This document shows, in pieces, positions 1-13,558 of a stretch of DNA of 64,000 nt. Position 1 is the stretch's first letter. The number at the start of each line of letters is the position of its first letter. The notes under the pieces were generated by a model, which made no database searches, was not told the DNA's origin, and saw nothing but the letters and a program-made list of their open reading frames with translations. The DNA lies in NCBI GenBank assembly GCA_038087875.1, contig CM075977.1, positions 122,822,001 to 122,886,000 on the forward strand. Direction: 5' to 3'. The position numbers and the translations under genes are program-made. The DNA is from Malacoraja senta (taxonomy: Eukaryota).

Positions 1-78
1 CATGTTGGCCGGTGTAGGCAAGTTGGGCCGGAGGGCCTGTTTCCACACTGTATCATTCCATGACTCTATAACTCTATC
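1..78 (+). mobile_element. CR1 LINE 3' tail fragment
   Basis: gggccggagggcctgtttcc...ctgtat followed by (ctctat)n; the same tail occurs on other CR1s and SINEs in the window. Confidence 0.7.
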
Positions 79-2593
79 CTTTAATTCAATGATTCCTATC
101 ATTCTTACCAAGTCAATGAGATCAGAAATGTCCAAGATTGCTTTATGTTTTAACCATTAATTTCAATGAATAAGAAAATGTAGCCATTATTCCATAAATT
201 TACAACTCCCATCCACTTGATGTTAGCCTCCATGGTGTAAAATGCACCCCATACATTTAAATCACTGTTTTAAATAACTTGTATATATCTTATAGTGATT
301 TCCAATTAATTCACTCATAAGACTGGGGATTATGCCAATAACATTTAAATGGAAAAAGTGAGCTAACACAGAAATAAATTGCCCATAATGGTTTCATAAA
401 TCTGATAATAAAACCCACAAGGTGACAAGTACTTAAAGATTTGGACGTTTGTGACATTGCCATGTTGTATGGTGCCTTCGTGCAAGGCTTAAGAAAATTA
501 GTCACTTTCTTCATCTTAATATTGATTTGCCTCTTTAACAAACTGTGGAAAGATAGATTATGTAACATAAAAAATCTCTAAAAATAGATATGTCGTTACC
601 AATTGTAGTTTGATGTATGGATGAAAAATTATCTTTCATCTTTTGACAGTCGAATATAGATTATAACTCAAGCTTATACTGATTAAACATATACACTTTA
701 TCATTTAAGAAATGGAAAAAATGTTGACAACAGCTGAAGGTGCTTGTCATCTTGACATTGTGGAGATTTAATGCTAAATAAAAGCATATAACATTTTGTA
801 CCATAGATATCAAGTCGATTGATTAAATCTCAGGAATGAATGAATATCTATTTGGAAAATTATATTAAGTAATGCAAATAATTCTCCTAAAGGTATCTGC
901 AAAATTCTTCATGTAATAATGTTATCTGAAGATAAGATGATCAGAAGGGAGTTTTTATTTACACATGTAATATAGGTGAACAAGAGATCATTTATTTTGA
1001 TCTGCAGACATTTAACAACTTTGAACTGCAGTGTTGTATAATCCTCTGCTAATCTGGAGATAATTAATTTCAGAATAATATTATCTTATTTTAGCTGTTA
1101 GATTGGAAGCAATATCTACATTGTGTGGTAAATTGCAGAGAATTCCACAGATTCACAACTCTCTGGGTGAAGAGTGAGTTTATATGAAGCTATACGCACA
1201 ACTGTATACAAAATACTGAATATAAAATAAAAGCACCCTCCTTGCTAGCTTTTGTTCTTTCAATATTTTTCTCAGTTTCTGCATCTATCTCTTCTACAAC
1301 ATTTTGATTCTTAAACTTCCTGTTGAATCAATACCACGAACATCTCCGTCTGAAGAATCTGACAGAAAATCATTCTTCTTCTGCATTATTCAGCCTCAGT
1401 ACCAGATTTCCAAATTGTGCCAATTTCTGAAATTAAGGGTCAAATTTCAGGTGTGTTTGTAAAATTCTCTCAATTAGATTTCCAAATCTCAAAACAATTT
1501 TTATGTCGATAACTGATATCAGTTTAGTTCCGCTTTAACATTAACTCCTTTGCTGTTGAAATTTATTCAGCATTGAGATGGATGGTCAATGTGAGGGGTG
1601 CAGTTTTGAATCCAATACACAGTATGCCACTAGTAGCAAATTAAAAAAAAAAATCAACAAAAGTGATTTCACAATTAAATCACGGATGAATATCCATGAG
1701 ATTGATATTAATGATACAGAGCCACAGATTTTTTTCTGTGGGAGGCAACAGTAATAATCTGGTTAGTCTGGTTCTATTAACATGCAATTTAAAATCAACA
1801 TCATTGTCTAGTCAGATCCTCAGTACATGAGGACAAGCTGGATGTCTGGTTAGAAGACAAGGCCACCAATGATACATTAATTATGTGAACATATCAACCT
1901 TGTTAGCAAGGGATTGGTTGGAAGAATCAATGAACTGGAAACATTATATTCCACATAAATATGAAACCAGGTTTAAGCAGGCTACTGCAACATAAAGACA
2001 TTCAGTATCCAGGGGGTGTAAATCTGGCAAACATACAAAGCAAGACCCCTGACCAAGTGTGTGTAGCCTCATAATTGTATCCTGTGGATTACAAGTGGGG
2101 GTAGAAGGGCTAAGAAGAGTTGAGCAGCATGCGGTATTGGTGAAAGTGGCACAAAATACTTGGTCAATTGTGGTCCCAAGGCCCTGCAGACTTTACAAAG
2201 TGATTATCATACAACAATAGATGATAAACCATCCCATCTGCTCACATCCCTAGATTAATCTGCTGTATTGGCAGCTGAAGAAAGCTGATACAATGTTAAA
2301 CTTCTCTCATGGCCAAGGGCAGCAAACACAGATGAAGACAATCAACATTTCTTGACAATTAATATCCACAGAGGATTGTTACTCAAACAAACCACCATAT
2401 TGGATGAAATCTGTGCGAAAAGCTTTCCAAACATCCTTTGATAGGATTCTGCCGATGCTCCCGCACTAATTGTGTAATTAGGATGAAGTTCCAACTGCAG
2501 CAGCCAGTGTTGGAGAATCTTCAGAGATTTAAGGAAGTGCTCAGAAGACTGCAGCAACACAAACTCCACCTTAAGCATGGTAGTGCAGTGGTA

Positions 2594-2875
2594 GGGGGCG
2601 GCTCGGTGGCTCAGCGGAAGATTTGCTGTCTTACAGCACTTACAGTGCCAGAGACCCAGGTTCGATCCTGGCTATGGGTGTTTGTCTATACGGAGTTTGT
2701 ACGTTCTCCCCGTGACCTGCATGGGTTTTCTCCAAGAACTTTGGTTTCCTCCCACACTCCAAAGATGTACAGGTTAATTGGCTTGGTGTAAATTGACCCT
2801 AGAGTAGGATGGTGTTAATGTGTGGGGATTGCTGGTCGATGCGGACTCGGTGGGCCAAAGGGCCTGTTTACGCGC
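2594..2875 (+). mobile_element. tRNA-derived V-SINE (HE1-like) with CR1-type tail
   Basis: A-box ggtggctcagcgg, B-box ggttcgatcc, V-domain gtacgttctccccgtgacctgc...tttcctcccacactccaaagatgt, tail gggccaaagggcctgttt. Confidence 0.85.
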
Positions 2876-3209
2876 TTTTTCACAGTACCAGACATGATGT
2901 CAAGTTAAACTAATCTCATTTGCCTGCACGAGATCCATGTTCCTCCATTCCTTGCATATCCACATGCCTATCTAAAAACCTCTGAAATGTTAATATCATA
3001 GCCTAAATGTGAAGGAAAATTACACTCACATTGAGAAAGTGATGCATCGATTATATTTTGAGTGACAAAAATTCCATTATTTGAGTGAAGTTCAGAACCA
3101 GCACGTTCCAGTAAGGAGGCGCAATTAGGATCACAATGGATCCACATGGATCTGTGCTGGGACCTCTGCTATTTGTGATATATATAAATGACTTGAATAT
3201 AAATGGTCC

Positions 3210-3308
3210 CAGTTTGAAGAAGGGTCTCGACCCAAAACATCACCCATTCCTCTCTCCAGAAATGCTACCTGTCCTACTGAGTTACTCCAGCATTTTGTGT
3301 CTATCTTT
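3210..3308 (+). mobile_element. Penelope-derived short element with mutated hammerhead core
   Basis: ttgaagaagggtctcgacccaaaacatcacccattcc...gagttactccagcattttgtgtctatctt. Confidence 0.75.
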
Positions 3309-3799
3309 TAAAATAAGCGGAGACAGGTTGATTAGTAAGTTTGCAGATGATATCAAGATCGCTGGGGCCGCGGACTGTGAGGAAGGCTGTCAAGGTATAC
3401 AACAGGATATAAATCAGCTACAGAAATGAGCAGCGTGTGTGAGGTGTTGCACTTTGGGGGTTGAATGCAAGGGGAAAATATGCAATTAATGGCATGACCC
3501 TGAACAGCATTGATGTAGAGAGGGATCTTATGGTCCAAGTCCATAACTCTCTGAAAGTGGCAACACAAGTAGATAGAATGGTAAAAGAAGACATTATTAA
3601 TATGGTAAGCTTGCCTTCATAGGTCTCAACATTGAGTATATGTGTAAGGAAGTCATGATGCAGCTTTATAGGACTTTGGTTACACCACATTTGGAGTATT
3701 GCATGCAGTTCTGGTCATTCTATTACAGGAAGGATATGGAGGCTTTGAAAAGGTACAGAGCAGGTTTACCAGAATGATGCCTATTAGTTAAAATGGGAG

Positions 3800-3926
3800 G
3801 GTAGAAACTGCAAATGCTAGTTAATTTACAAAGGAGCACAAAGTGCTGGAACATCTCAGCAGGTCAGGTAGCATTTCTGGAGAACATCGTCAGGTGATGC
3901 TTTCATTCAAGACCCTTCTTCAGAGT
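3800..3926 (-). mobile_element. Penelope-derived short element (degenerate)
   Basis: reverse-complement match to the same family, ending gacccttcttcaga. Confidence 0.65.
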
Positions 3927-4320
3927 GAGAGTTTGAATAGACATGGATTGTTTTCTCTGGACGGCCAGAAGTTGTGGGGAAACCTGATAGAGGTACAGTA
4001 TATAACACTATGAGAGCTGTAGATAGGGTAGTGTCAGAACCTTTCTCCCAGGATGGAAAAATCAAATATTAGAGGGCATAGCTTTAAGGGCCTGTCCCAC
4101 TTAGGCGATTTTTCAGCAGACTGCCGGCGACTGTCAAGTTGCCGGCACTCGCCTGAAAAACTGGGAACTGGAACGGCGACTGTCAGAGTGGAGCACACAC
4201 ACACACACACAAACACATCACAAAGGCGGGGGCCAGGGCAAGCACGGGGAGCGCTGTCTGAAATTCACATGGTGCAAAGCCAAGGTGATACAGACACATA
4301 CCGCGATGAACAGGAAGGTT

Positions 4321-5340
4321 AACCATATAACCATATAACCATAACAGCACGGAAACAGGCCATCTCGGCCCTTCAAGTCCGTGCCGAACATTTAAAAAAA
4401 AAATTTTTTTTTTGTTATTAAAAATAAATACTTCCCCCTAGTCCCATCTAGCTGCACTCAGACCATAACCCTCCATTCCTTTCCCGTCCATATACCCATC
4501 CAATCTATTTTTAAAGGATAACATCGAACCTGCCTCCACCACATCCACTGGAAGCTCATTCCACACAGCTACCACTCTCTGAGTAAAGAAGTTCCCCCTA
4601 ATGTTCCCCCTAAACTTCTGTCCCTTAATTCTCAAGTCATGTCCCCTTGTTTGAATCTTCCCTACTCTCAATGGGAAAAGCTTATCCACGTCCACTCTGT
4701 CTAACCCGCTCATAATTTTAAAGACCTCTATCAAGTCCCCTCTTAACCTTCTGCGCTCCAAAGAATAAAGACCTAACTTGTTCAACCTTTCTTTGTAACT
4801 TAGTTGCTGAAACCCAGGCAACATTCTAGTAAATCTCCTCTGTACTCTCTCTATTTTGTTGACATCCTTCCTATAATTAGGCGACCAAAATTGTACTCCA
4901 TACTCCAGAATTGGCCTCACCAATGCCTTATACAATTTTAACATTACATCCCAACTTCTATATTCAATGCTCTGATTTATAAAGGCCAGCACACCAAAAG
5001 CTTTCTTTACCACCCTATCTACATGAGATTCCACCTTCAGGGAACTATGCACAGTTATTCCTAGATCCCTCTGTTCAACTGCATTCCTCAATTCGCTACC
5101 ATTTACCGTGTACGTCCTATTTTGATTTGTCCTGCCGAGATGTAGCACCTCACATTTGTCAGCATTAAACTCCATCTGCCATCTTTCAGCCCACTCTTCC
5201 AAATGGCCTAAATCTCTCTGTAGACTTTGAAAAATCTACTTCATTATCCACAACACCACCTATCTTAGTATCATCTGCATACTTACTAATCCAATTTTCC
5301 ACACCTTCATCCAGATCATTGATGTACATGACAAACATGT
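4321..5340 (-). mobile_element. Young 5'-truncated CR1 LINE
   Basis: (ggttatat)n tail at 4321; uninterrupted C-terminal ORF2. Confidence 0.92.
4438..5202 (-). pseudogene. CR1 ORF2 C-terminal part (254 aa open; element truncated)
   Basis: WQMEFNADKCEVLHLG, LYKALVRPILEYGVQFWSP, LERRRLRGDLIEVFKI, FFTQRVV..WN. Confidence 0.9.
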
Positions 5341-7044
5341 ACAGCTAGCACAGTGTACGGTAAGTCCTTTAAAAGAGGGGGGGGGAGAAGGAGGGAGACG
5401 GCTAGCACAGTGTACGGTAGACGACAAAGACGGCTAGCACAGTGTACGGTAAGTCCTTTAAAAGAGGGGGGGAGAAGGAGGGAGAAGGAGGGAGAAGGAG
5501 GGAGAAGGAGTGGAGAAGGAGTGGAGACACTTTTAAGAAGCCCGACAACTTTTAATAAGCCAGAGATACACAGCTGTGAAGTTCGGGAGGCATTTAACGT
5601 TACCGGTCGGTTTTCCTTGGTTCTGAAAACTAGTGCTTACATATTTTTCCCCCAATGAGCCAATGAAAATGGTCAGCGAAGGCGATTAACTAAAACTACG
5701 TACTACCTCGACTACGTATAACTACATGGCGACCCACTATAACTGCACCTACGACTACAGGATTATCGATCTTCTCCATGGCGACCAATTTTTGGTCGCA
5801 GAAAATTTGTCAACATGTTGAAAATTTTTCAACGACCATACCGAGGCCGCGACTAGTTCCCAGAATGCGGGAACTGCTCGCGACTATGAAGGAGACCACC
5901 AGCGAACATGTGGCGACCATATGGCGATCATTAGGCGAGTGCAGAGTTTCCTGTCCTCGCCTAAAAAGTCGCCTAAGTGGGACAAGCCCTTAAAGGTGAG
6001 ATGGACAAAGTTTAAAGTTTAAAGGATAGGTTTTTCTATTCAGAGGGTGGCGAGTGCCTGGAACATGCAGCTGGGGGTAGGTGGTGGTTGAGACATATAT
6101 GATACTCACATTTAAGAGACTTTTGGATAGACATATGGATATGCAGGGAATGGAGGCTTATGGATTATGTGCATGTAGATAAGGGATGGTTTTGGCATCA
6201 TGTTTGGCACAGGCGTTGTGGGTCAAAGGGCCTGTTCTTGCGCTTCCTGTTCTTTGTTTTATTTGTTACTGGTCAGATTATTTACATGAGTTGCAGATCA
6301 TAACTCTCTGCCTCCATTCCTGGATTGAAGCCTGCCATTCCCAGAGCGACTATTTCATGGATACAGAAATGGCCATACTCCCATCTCAATAACTACCACA
6401 TTGATATGACACATCAAAACCAAACACTTTGTCAACTCTTTGACAAGGCTACCTTTGAAGAAGCAACAACAAACCAAGACCAAAAAACTTTTACTGTATA
6501 TGCAATGGACACTTGTTCCCTTTCATGACAGTCCAACTGGCTCGAATCACAATTTTGAATCAGATGGTTGAATTAATTCTCCCCACATTCTCATTAACTC
6601 CATCCTCATTGCCTCACTTTCCCAAGGGCAAATTATAGCAGCTAATACCTACCTCAATGCATGTTGCAGGGATTAGCAGCCCTCATCCTGTAACTATGTC
6701 CTCTTGTTTGAGACTCTCCTACTAGTAGGAACATCTCAACATCTACCCTGTCGTGACCATCTAGTTTCTTCAGTCATTCATAAGAGGACAATCCCTAGAA
6801 ATGGGCTAATGAATCTGTTTTGGATTGTCTTAATAAAGAGACCAGAACAATGCACAGTATTTCAAGTGTGCTCTCACTTTTACTCTGTCAAATGATAACA
6901 ATGCTAATCTAAACTCAAACCCAATTGCAAAAGGGCAATATGCCATTTTATATCGAAGTCGCGTGAGAGACTACGTGAAGAACCCGCCAGCCCGCATGCG
7001 CGTCAATACGTCAACGCATGGCGCGGGATTCGGAGCAGTTCGAA

Positions 7045-8820
7045 AATGCTCCGGCAGGTAGGACAATTTTGTTTCAGGAACGGGCCGCTGCTCCAAAAAT
7101 AGGTGCAGTGGGCCCGGAGAAGCTGACAGGCACAGCCCGTGCAGCTACCGCCGTTGGAGCTCCGAACGGGAGCAGGCGGCCAGACTTGGTAAAGTCGCCG
7201 GTGAGGCTCCGGATGGGAGCGGGCGGCCGGTCTTGGTAAAGTCGCCGGTGAGGCTCCGGATGGGAGCAAGCGGGCGGACTTGGTAAAACTGTCGGGCGCG
7301 GCCCATACAGCTACCGCCTTTAGGCTCCGTACAAGAGCAGGCGGCCAGAACTAGAAATGCTAATGGGCGTAACCCGTGCAGCTACTGCCGTAGTAGGCTC
7401 CAGAAGAAAGCAGGCAGTTGACCATGGAGAAGGTGACGGGCGCGACCCATACAGCTACCTCTGTTGAAGCTCCAGAAAGCAGTCGGGAGTCACTCGTTGG
7501 CCCCGGAAAAGCAGCCTGTTGAAACCAGGCTTGCAGTACTGGCAGGCGTGACCTGTCCAGTGAACCCCGCTGAGGCTCCGAAGGAGCAGCTGGCCAAAGG
7601 AACAGCCTGTCAATCCAGGCTGGGATAAACTGGCAGCGCGATCTGCACAATCAGCTCCAGCAAGGCTCCAAAAAAGGCAGGCCACAGGAGCAGCCTGTGG
7701 AATCAGGCTTGGAGTAATGGCAGGCGCGGCCTGTTCAATGAGCTCCGCTAGGCTCCAAAGGAGCAGAAGGGGCCGAAGGAGCGCCCTGTCTAACCAGGGC
7801 TGGGAGTAACTGGTAGCGTGCCCTGTACAGTAAGCTCCAGCAAGGTTCCAAAGAGGCTGCACGCCAAAGGACCAGTGTGTCCCATTGGGCTCAGAAATGC
7901 TGTCAGGCGTTGTCTTGCACAGCAATGTCGCATTTGAGCTCCAGAAGGGAGCTGTTTGGCAAGCGTGGGGCTGAAGATGTGGTCAGACTTGGTCTGCAAT
8001 GGAACTTTGCTGAAGCTCCAACAAGGAGGGCGACCAGGGCTCAGAGACGCTGGCAGGTAAGGGATTTTTGTTTCAGAAATGGACCGTTGCTCCGAAAATA
8101 GGTGCAGCAGGCCCGGAGAAGCTGGCACAGCCTGTGTAGCTATCGCCGTGGAGGCTCCGAAAAGGAGCAGGCGGCTGGAATCAATAAGCTGACGGCTCGG
8201 CCGGTGCAGCTACCACCGTGGAGGCTCCATAAAGGAGCAGGCGGCCGCGTTCAATAGGCTGACGGCTCGGCCAGTGCAGTTACCACCGTTAAGGCTCCGA
8301 GAGGGAGCAGGCAGCCGGATTCAGTAAGCTGACGGCACGGCCGGTGCAGCTACCGCCATTGAGGCTCAACTCCTTTTTGGGGCTCCAAGGGAGCAGGCGA
8401 CTGGTCGCGGAGAGCTGACGGGTGCGGCCCGTACAGACACCTCCATTGAGGCTCAAACAGGGAGCCAGCCAGATGCCTGTAGGAAGCAACACCTGGCTCA
8501 GGGTTGCGTTATATTCCTCTCCTCTAGACTCCGTTGAGGCCCCAGAAGGGAGCAAGCCTGGACTCTGAGTCATTAGCAGGCGCAACCTGTCCAGTGAGTA
8601 TATAATAGAATTGTGCTCCTGGCTCAGGAGACACTTACAGGCTGATCCAGTCAGATGCCTGTTGAAGCAACACTTGGCTCAGGGTTGCATTATATATATC
8701 TCCCACTCAGAAGAGGGGAAGCAATACCTGACCCAGGTTTACGTTATAATATCTCCTGCTCGGAACAGGGGAAGCAACACCTGGTTCAGTGTTGCGTTAT
8801 TTTAGCTCCCGCTCAGTAGA
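7045..8820 (+). repeat. Degenerate GC-rich tandem array (about 60 bp units) in the 5'/gag region of DIRS-A, including a duplication offset by about 1 kb
   Basis: repeated gcaggcggcc...gtgcagctaccgcc...gaggctccg...ggag; 7045-7180 matches 8045-8175. Confidence 0.8.
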
Positions 8821-11049
8821 GGGGAGTACTGGAGATTATTACATAAGTAAGTCCGACTATGGGGATATCGACAAGGAATTCGAAAACCCTGAACTTATGG
8901 GGGATATGCTGCAGTTTAATCATATGAAGGAGTCTCGTGTCACATAATTTGCTATCCCTTCGGATATGCTGGATATGGCTGGGAAATATGCCAGTCCAGA
9001 TGAACTGCCTGACTTTGGATGTTCCAAATGTCAATCTCACCATTTGGGACATCTCAGTGGTGATACGTGGGCAAAGAATTAAAATTTCAGCGTACCCAAA
9101 GACTGTTCACTGATGTCATTTTAGCCTTTGCAAGGGCAGTAGATGGGTTCAGCTTTCGGTAGTACAGATGATGCATTAGCACTTCTATGTAATACGCAGT
9201 TGGAGCTAAATTGCCTTTGCAAAAGGCTATAAGGCCTGAGGTAATTCCTAAAAAATTGCTCATTTATGCAGGGCCAATAACATGCAACCTGCAAAGTATC
9301 TCTTTGAAGAGGACTTATGTTAGCAAGTTTAAGACTTACAGGAAGAATTTTAGGCGGCTGCGGGGGTGGTAGAACCATCCTATGTGGGTAGGGCTTCAGT
9401 ATTCCGGCGGGCATACCACCTCTATATATAACTAATGGCAGGGATCGTTACTCTGAGGCTGGTTGGAACACCAGGCCTACTCAATTCAGACCTAGCCAGA
9501 GCTTTTTTTTTTAGGCCCAGGGCCACCGCATTCACCTTGGTGAAGAGAATATGTTGCGCACACTGGCGACTGAGATAGGTCGTTCCAGGCAGAGGACTGC
9601 GGCAGCAACTCCTGGTTCAGGGTTGCATTATGATATTTTCCACTCTGAGGGTGACTCTGACTGTGAGGAGTTGACAGGGAACTCATATTCCCACACCAAG
9701 TGGATGCTATGCTTCAATTCTAGTCGCATAAGGATCTGGTGTATGTTCTGATTCTGTCAGACACCTGAGGTTTTGTAGGTTAATGCCATCAGTTGAGGCA
9801 AAGTCAAAGTCGAAAGGCTTTAACCCCAGAAAGTTTTGAGAATTCTCAGGGGACGAAAAATGTAGCATGCCAAATCAGGTTAGGATTTGGCTAGTCTAAT
9901 AATGTGCTTGGTTAACCAGTTTAAGATGGATAATTGTCATTCAGCAATTTAGCAGGTACAGAGGATTTAGGGCCTCAAGTGATCTTCAACATGCATATTT
10001 CCATATCTATACATGAGAGGCACAGATATATCTGGTGTTTTGATGTTAAAGCCAGTGGTGGAAATTTTAGGCTCTACCTAGGGGTTGTCTTCAGGCCTAG
10101 GCTACTTACAAAGATTCTAAAGTTATGCTGCCCTACTTAGATCTAAAGGGCATTGTGTCATGGAGTTTATAAACGACATGCTTTTGTAGCAGATAAGACT
10201 CAGGGGTTTTATCAGAAGATCCCTATTACAATAATTAAATATGAGGCAACATGAATTTTAATATGCCAATTTGGCCTACTCATCCAGGGCTTCCATTGTA
10301 AAAAAGGCGGCTGAAAGAAGCTCCTAATTACTCGAAGGCTCGAGTGGTAGCCAGTTCAGCCGATTTCTTGTGCAGCTAGCTCTGCATGCTTGTAATGGGA
10401 AGTTTGTGAAGAGACATATGTGAGCTACTTTTAAACAGAAGTAGCAGAGTTTTGTGGCTCTTTCAGTTTGGACTTAGAGAAGCAATTATGTTATAGCACA
10501 TTTGACACTGCTCGTGCTGCTTGGTCATTGTATCTAGTACTACAAGTGGGACAATAAATGATTGATTATTCAACCACTGTTGACTAAGGTTATGGAAGGT
10601 GTCTTTTATATGAGCACTCTAAAGCCGAGACTCAAAGTAGTGTGGAATGTGTATCAGTATAAATTATTATGCAGATATTGTGTATTCCTAATGTTGGAGC
10701 AGAATCTTTTTTTATTTTTTATTTTTTTTTAATTTATTAGAAGCAAATGTACAAGAATAGAACCAACGGCATATAAAATTATACAGTTATTGTACAGCTT
10801 CAATTTTAACTTTTTAGCTTTGAATTAGAAGAAAAGAAAGGAGAAAAAGCAAGAAAGAGAAAAAATGAGATGTGCAAAGATAGGACCCCTAGACTACCAA
10901 AGTAGTGTAGCCAAAGAGTGAATAAAAGAAAGAAAGAAGAGAGGAATAGAAAAAAATAAAAGGACAAAAAGAAAAAGAGAAAGAAAAGTGGTGGTATACC
11001 TGCCTCTCGTCCCTCCCCACCCATCTCACCCAACCCATACTTAGATTTA

Positions 11050-12700
11050 AATCCAAAGTTGTGTTGCGCCATACTATCCTTGTAAGAAATCAATGAAGGG
11101 TGTCCATGTCTTGGAAAAATGATCTGGTTTTTCTGCCAAGACAAGTCTAATATTTTCAAGATATAGTGTCTTGGACATGTTTATAATCCACATCTTAAGA
11201 GTAGGGACTGATGTATGTTTCCAAAATGTAAGTATTAGTTTTTTTGCCTTTCTCAGGCCGTAATTAAGGAAATGTCTGAAATAGTGATAGCTCAGAGCAG
11301 GCTTCTGAAGTACCTAGAGTGATCAGTTCCATGTCGGAATCCAATTTTATTTTTAGTGTGTTTGAAAAAATTTCAAAAATTCCTCTCCAGAAATTATGTA
11401 ACTTTATACAAGTCAAAGGAATGTGTTATAGTTGCTTCCTGAAGAAGACATTTATCGCAAATAGGAGATACATTTGGAAAGATCTTATTCAGTTTAGACT
11501 TTGAATAATAGAGTCTGTGCAGTATTTTAAATTGAATTAACGAATGCCTAACGTTAAGAGAACAGTTGTGTATGTATAAAGAAGGCTTTCCTCCCATCTG
11601 TCTTTTAAATTTTTTAGGCCAAGCTCATCGTCCCAAGCTCTTCTAATTACTTCTGATGATGGGGTTTGTATATTTAAAAGGGTGTTATACAGATATGATA
11701 TTAACTTGTTTGAATCCGAGTTTCTATTCATACATTCGTCTAGTGTGTCTGGCAACAAAGATTGGTAGTCTTGGGTGTATGATTTCAGATAGTCTCGTAT
11801 TTGAAGGTATCTAAAATATTGGCTACCTTTCAGATGATATTTCGACTGTAATTCTTGAAATGAGAGAAGAGTTCCCATTTCATAAAGATCTCCCAGTTTT
11901 TTAATTCCTAATCTTTCCCAATATGTGAACGTTTTGTCTAAAATAGACGGATTGAATGAAGGGTTATTGGCAATTGGTGAGAGAAGAGATAAATTTCTCA
12001 GTTTAAGGGTTGACCACTTGTTTCCAGATTCGTATGGTGCTGTGGATAATCAGATTTTTCTCATATAGTGTTTTCTTCAAATTTATTGGAGAGAGAAGAA
12101 TCGCGCCTATATTAAAAGGCGAACAATCCTCTCTCTCCATTATTAACCATTTTACCTGTTGGCATGTGTTGTCCATCCAATAGATTACGTTTTTAATTTT
12201 CGTTGCCCAGTAATAGTATAAAAAATTGGGGAGAGCCAATCCGCCAATTTCTTTGGGTTTACATAGATGTCGTTTATGGATTCTATGTGTTTTATAATCC
12301 CAAATAAAGTTTGTAATCAGAGAGTCAAGATTAAAAATAAAATGTTTAGGAAGATAAATCGGTATTGATTGAAATAAGTACAGGATTTGTGGAAGGAAGA
12401 TCATCTTTATGGCATTTATTCTGCCTATGAGAGACATCGGAAGCATTTTCCAAAATTGAGTAAGGGCATTTAGTTTGGTAATTAAGGGAGGAAAATTTGC
12501 TTGAAATAGAGAAGTGTATTTTCTAGTTACGTGAACTCCAAGATATTTAAATTTTTCCGTAGCAATTCTGAAAGTGAATTTTAGAAGGTGTGTCGGATTT
12601 TGAGGTTTTATTGACATGATTTCACTTTTGTTCCAATTTATTCTATATCCTGAAAAGGAACCAAATTCCTCTATAAGATTAGTATACTTGGAATGCTAAC
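11050..12700 (-). pseudogene. L1-A ORF2 C-terminal half (frameshifted)
   Basis: ORFs 12003-12617, 11537-11878 and 11394-11597 (IQFKILHRLY, CDKC..H). Confidence 0.85.
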
Positions 12701-13558
12701 GTCTCAAATTGTTAAACAAGTGTCTCTTGGGTGTAAACCCAGTGATCAGAATGTATTACCTATCATGGGTGCATGATAGGTAATACTTTAGTGAACCATA
12801 TTATGTATGCAGATGATCTGGTGGTCTTTAGTCCATCTAGCGCTGGTCTCCAGCAGCTCCTTACTATATGTTCTGTGTATGGTGTGGAACATGATATCAA
12901 ATATAATGCTGGTAAGAGTGCTGTTATAATCTGTAGAACCAAATAGGATAAATGTCTAAAATGTCCTGATTTTAAATTGTCTGCCAATAATCTTAGTGTC
13001 TGTAATAAGGTAAAATATCTAGGGCATTTAATTACAGAACAAATTACAGATGATGAGGATATTTATAGGCAACGACTCATGCTGTATGTACAGGCGAATA
13101 TTCTCTTGCGTAAGTTTGGTGCGTGTGCAGATGTGGTGAAGATGTCGCTATTAAGAGCATACTGCACACCACTCTACACTGCGCACCTGTGGTCGAACTA
13201 TGGAAAGACAAGTTTGCAGAGACTAAAGGTGTCATATAATGATGCCATGAGAACACTGCTAAGGAAACCTAGATAATGTAGTGCTAGGAACATGTTTGTG
13301 GCTGCAGGAGTCAGTACTTTAGAAGCTATCCTAAGAAATCATATGTATAAAATCATTTGCAGGATAAATGACTCTAAAAACGTAATTATTGTGGCCTTGT
13401 TAAACATAAGGTTTAACACTACACGCTACAAATCCCAGTTGTGGAGACACTGGTATCGTTGTCTCATTGTAGGACATTGATCATTCTTTTATTCTGGATT
13501 TTAATTCATGTATTGTGTTTTTTTTTAAATATATTATTTATGATGCTTTTATAAGTAA

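Larger units (their letters stand above)
4087..5990. mobile_element. Non-autonomous PIF/Harbinger-type MITE with a nested young CR1
   Basis: TIRs agggcctgtcccacttaggcga / tcgcctaagtgggacaagccct; flanks tta and taa (TWA-type TSD, one mismatch). Confidence 0.8.
3136..6250 (+). mobile_element. Degenerate CR1 LINE (RT to 3' end), interrupted by short Penelope-derived elements and a Harbinger MITE
   Basis: PHGSVLGPLLFVIYINDL and SKFADD motifs; CR1 sequence gcatagcttt/aaggtgag resumes after 5990. Confidence 0.85.

Noticed and set aside
1230-1430. Exon-like minus-strand segment after ttaatttcag
   Set aside because: All frames stop early and no protein was recognised
2594-2670. tRNA gene calls at SINE heads
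   Set aside because: tRNA-derived SINE heads without a full cloverleaf, each followed by a V-domain and LINE tail
7003-8585. Many overlapping GC-rich ORFs
   Set aside because: Explained by low stop-codon frequency in a tandem array; no protein motifs
7100-8820. CRISPR-like array
   Set aside because: Eukaryotic context, degenerate tandem units without unique spacers, and no cas genes
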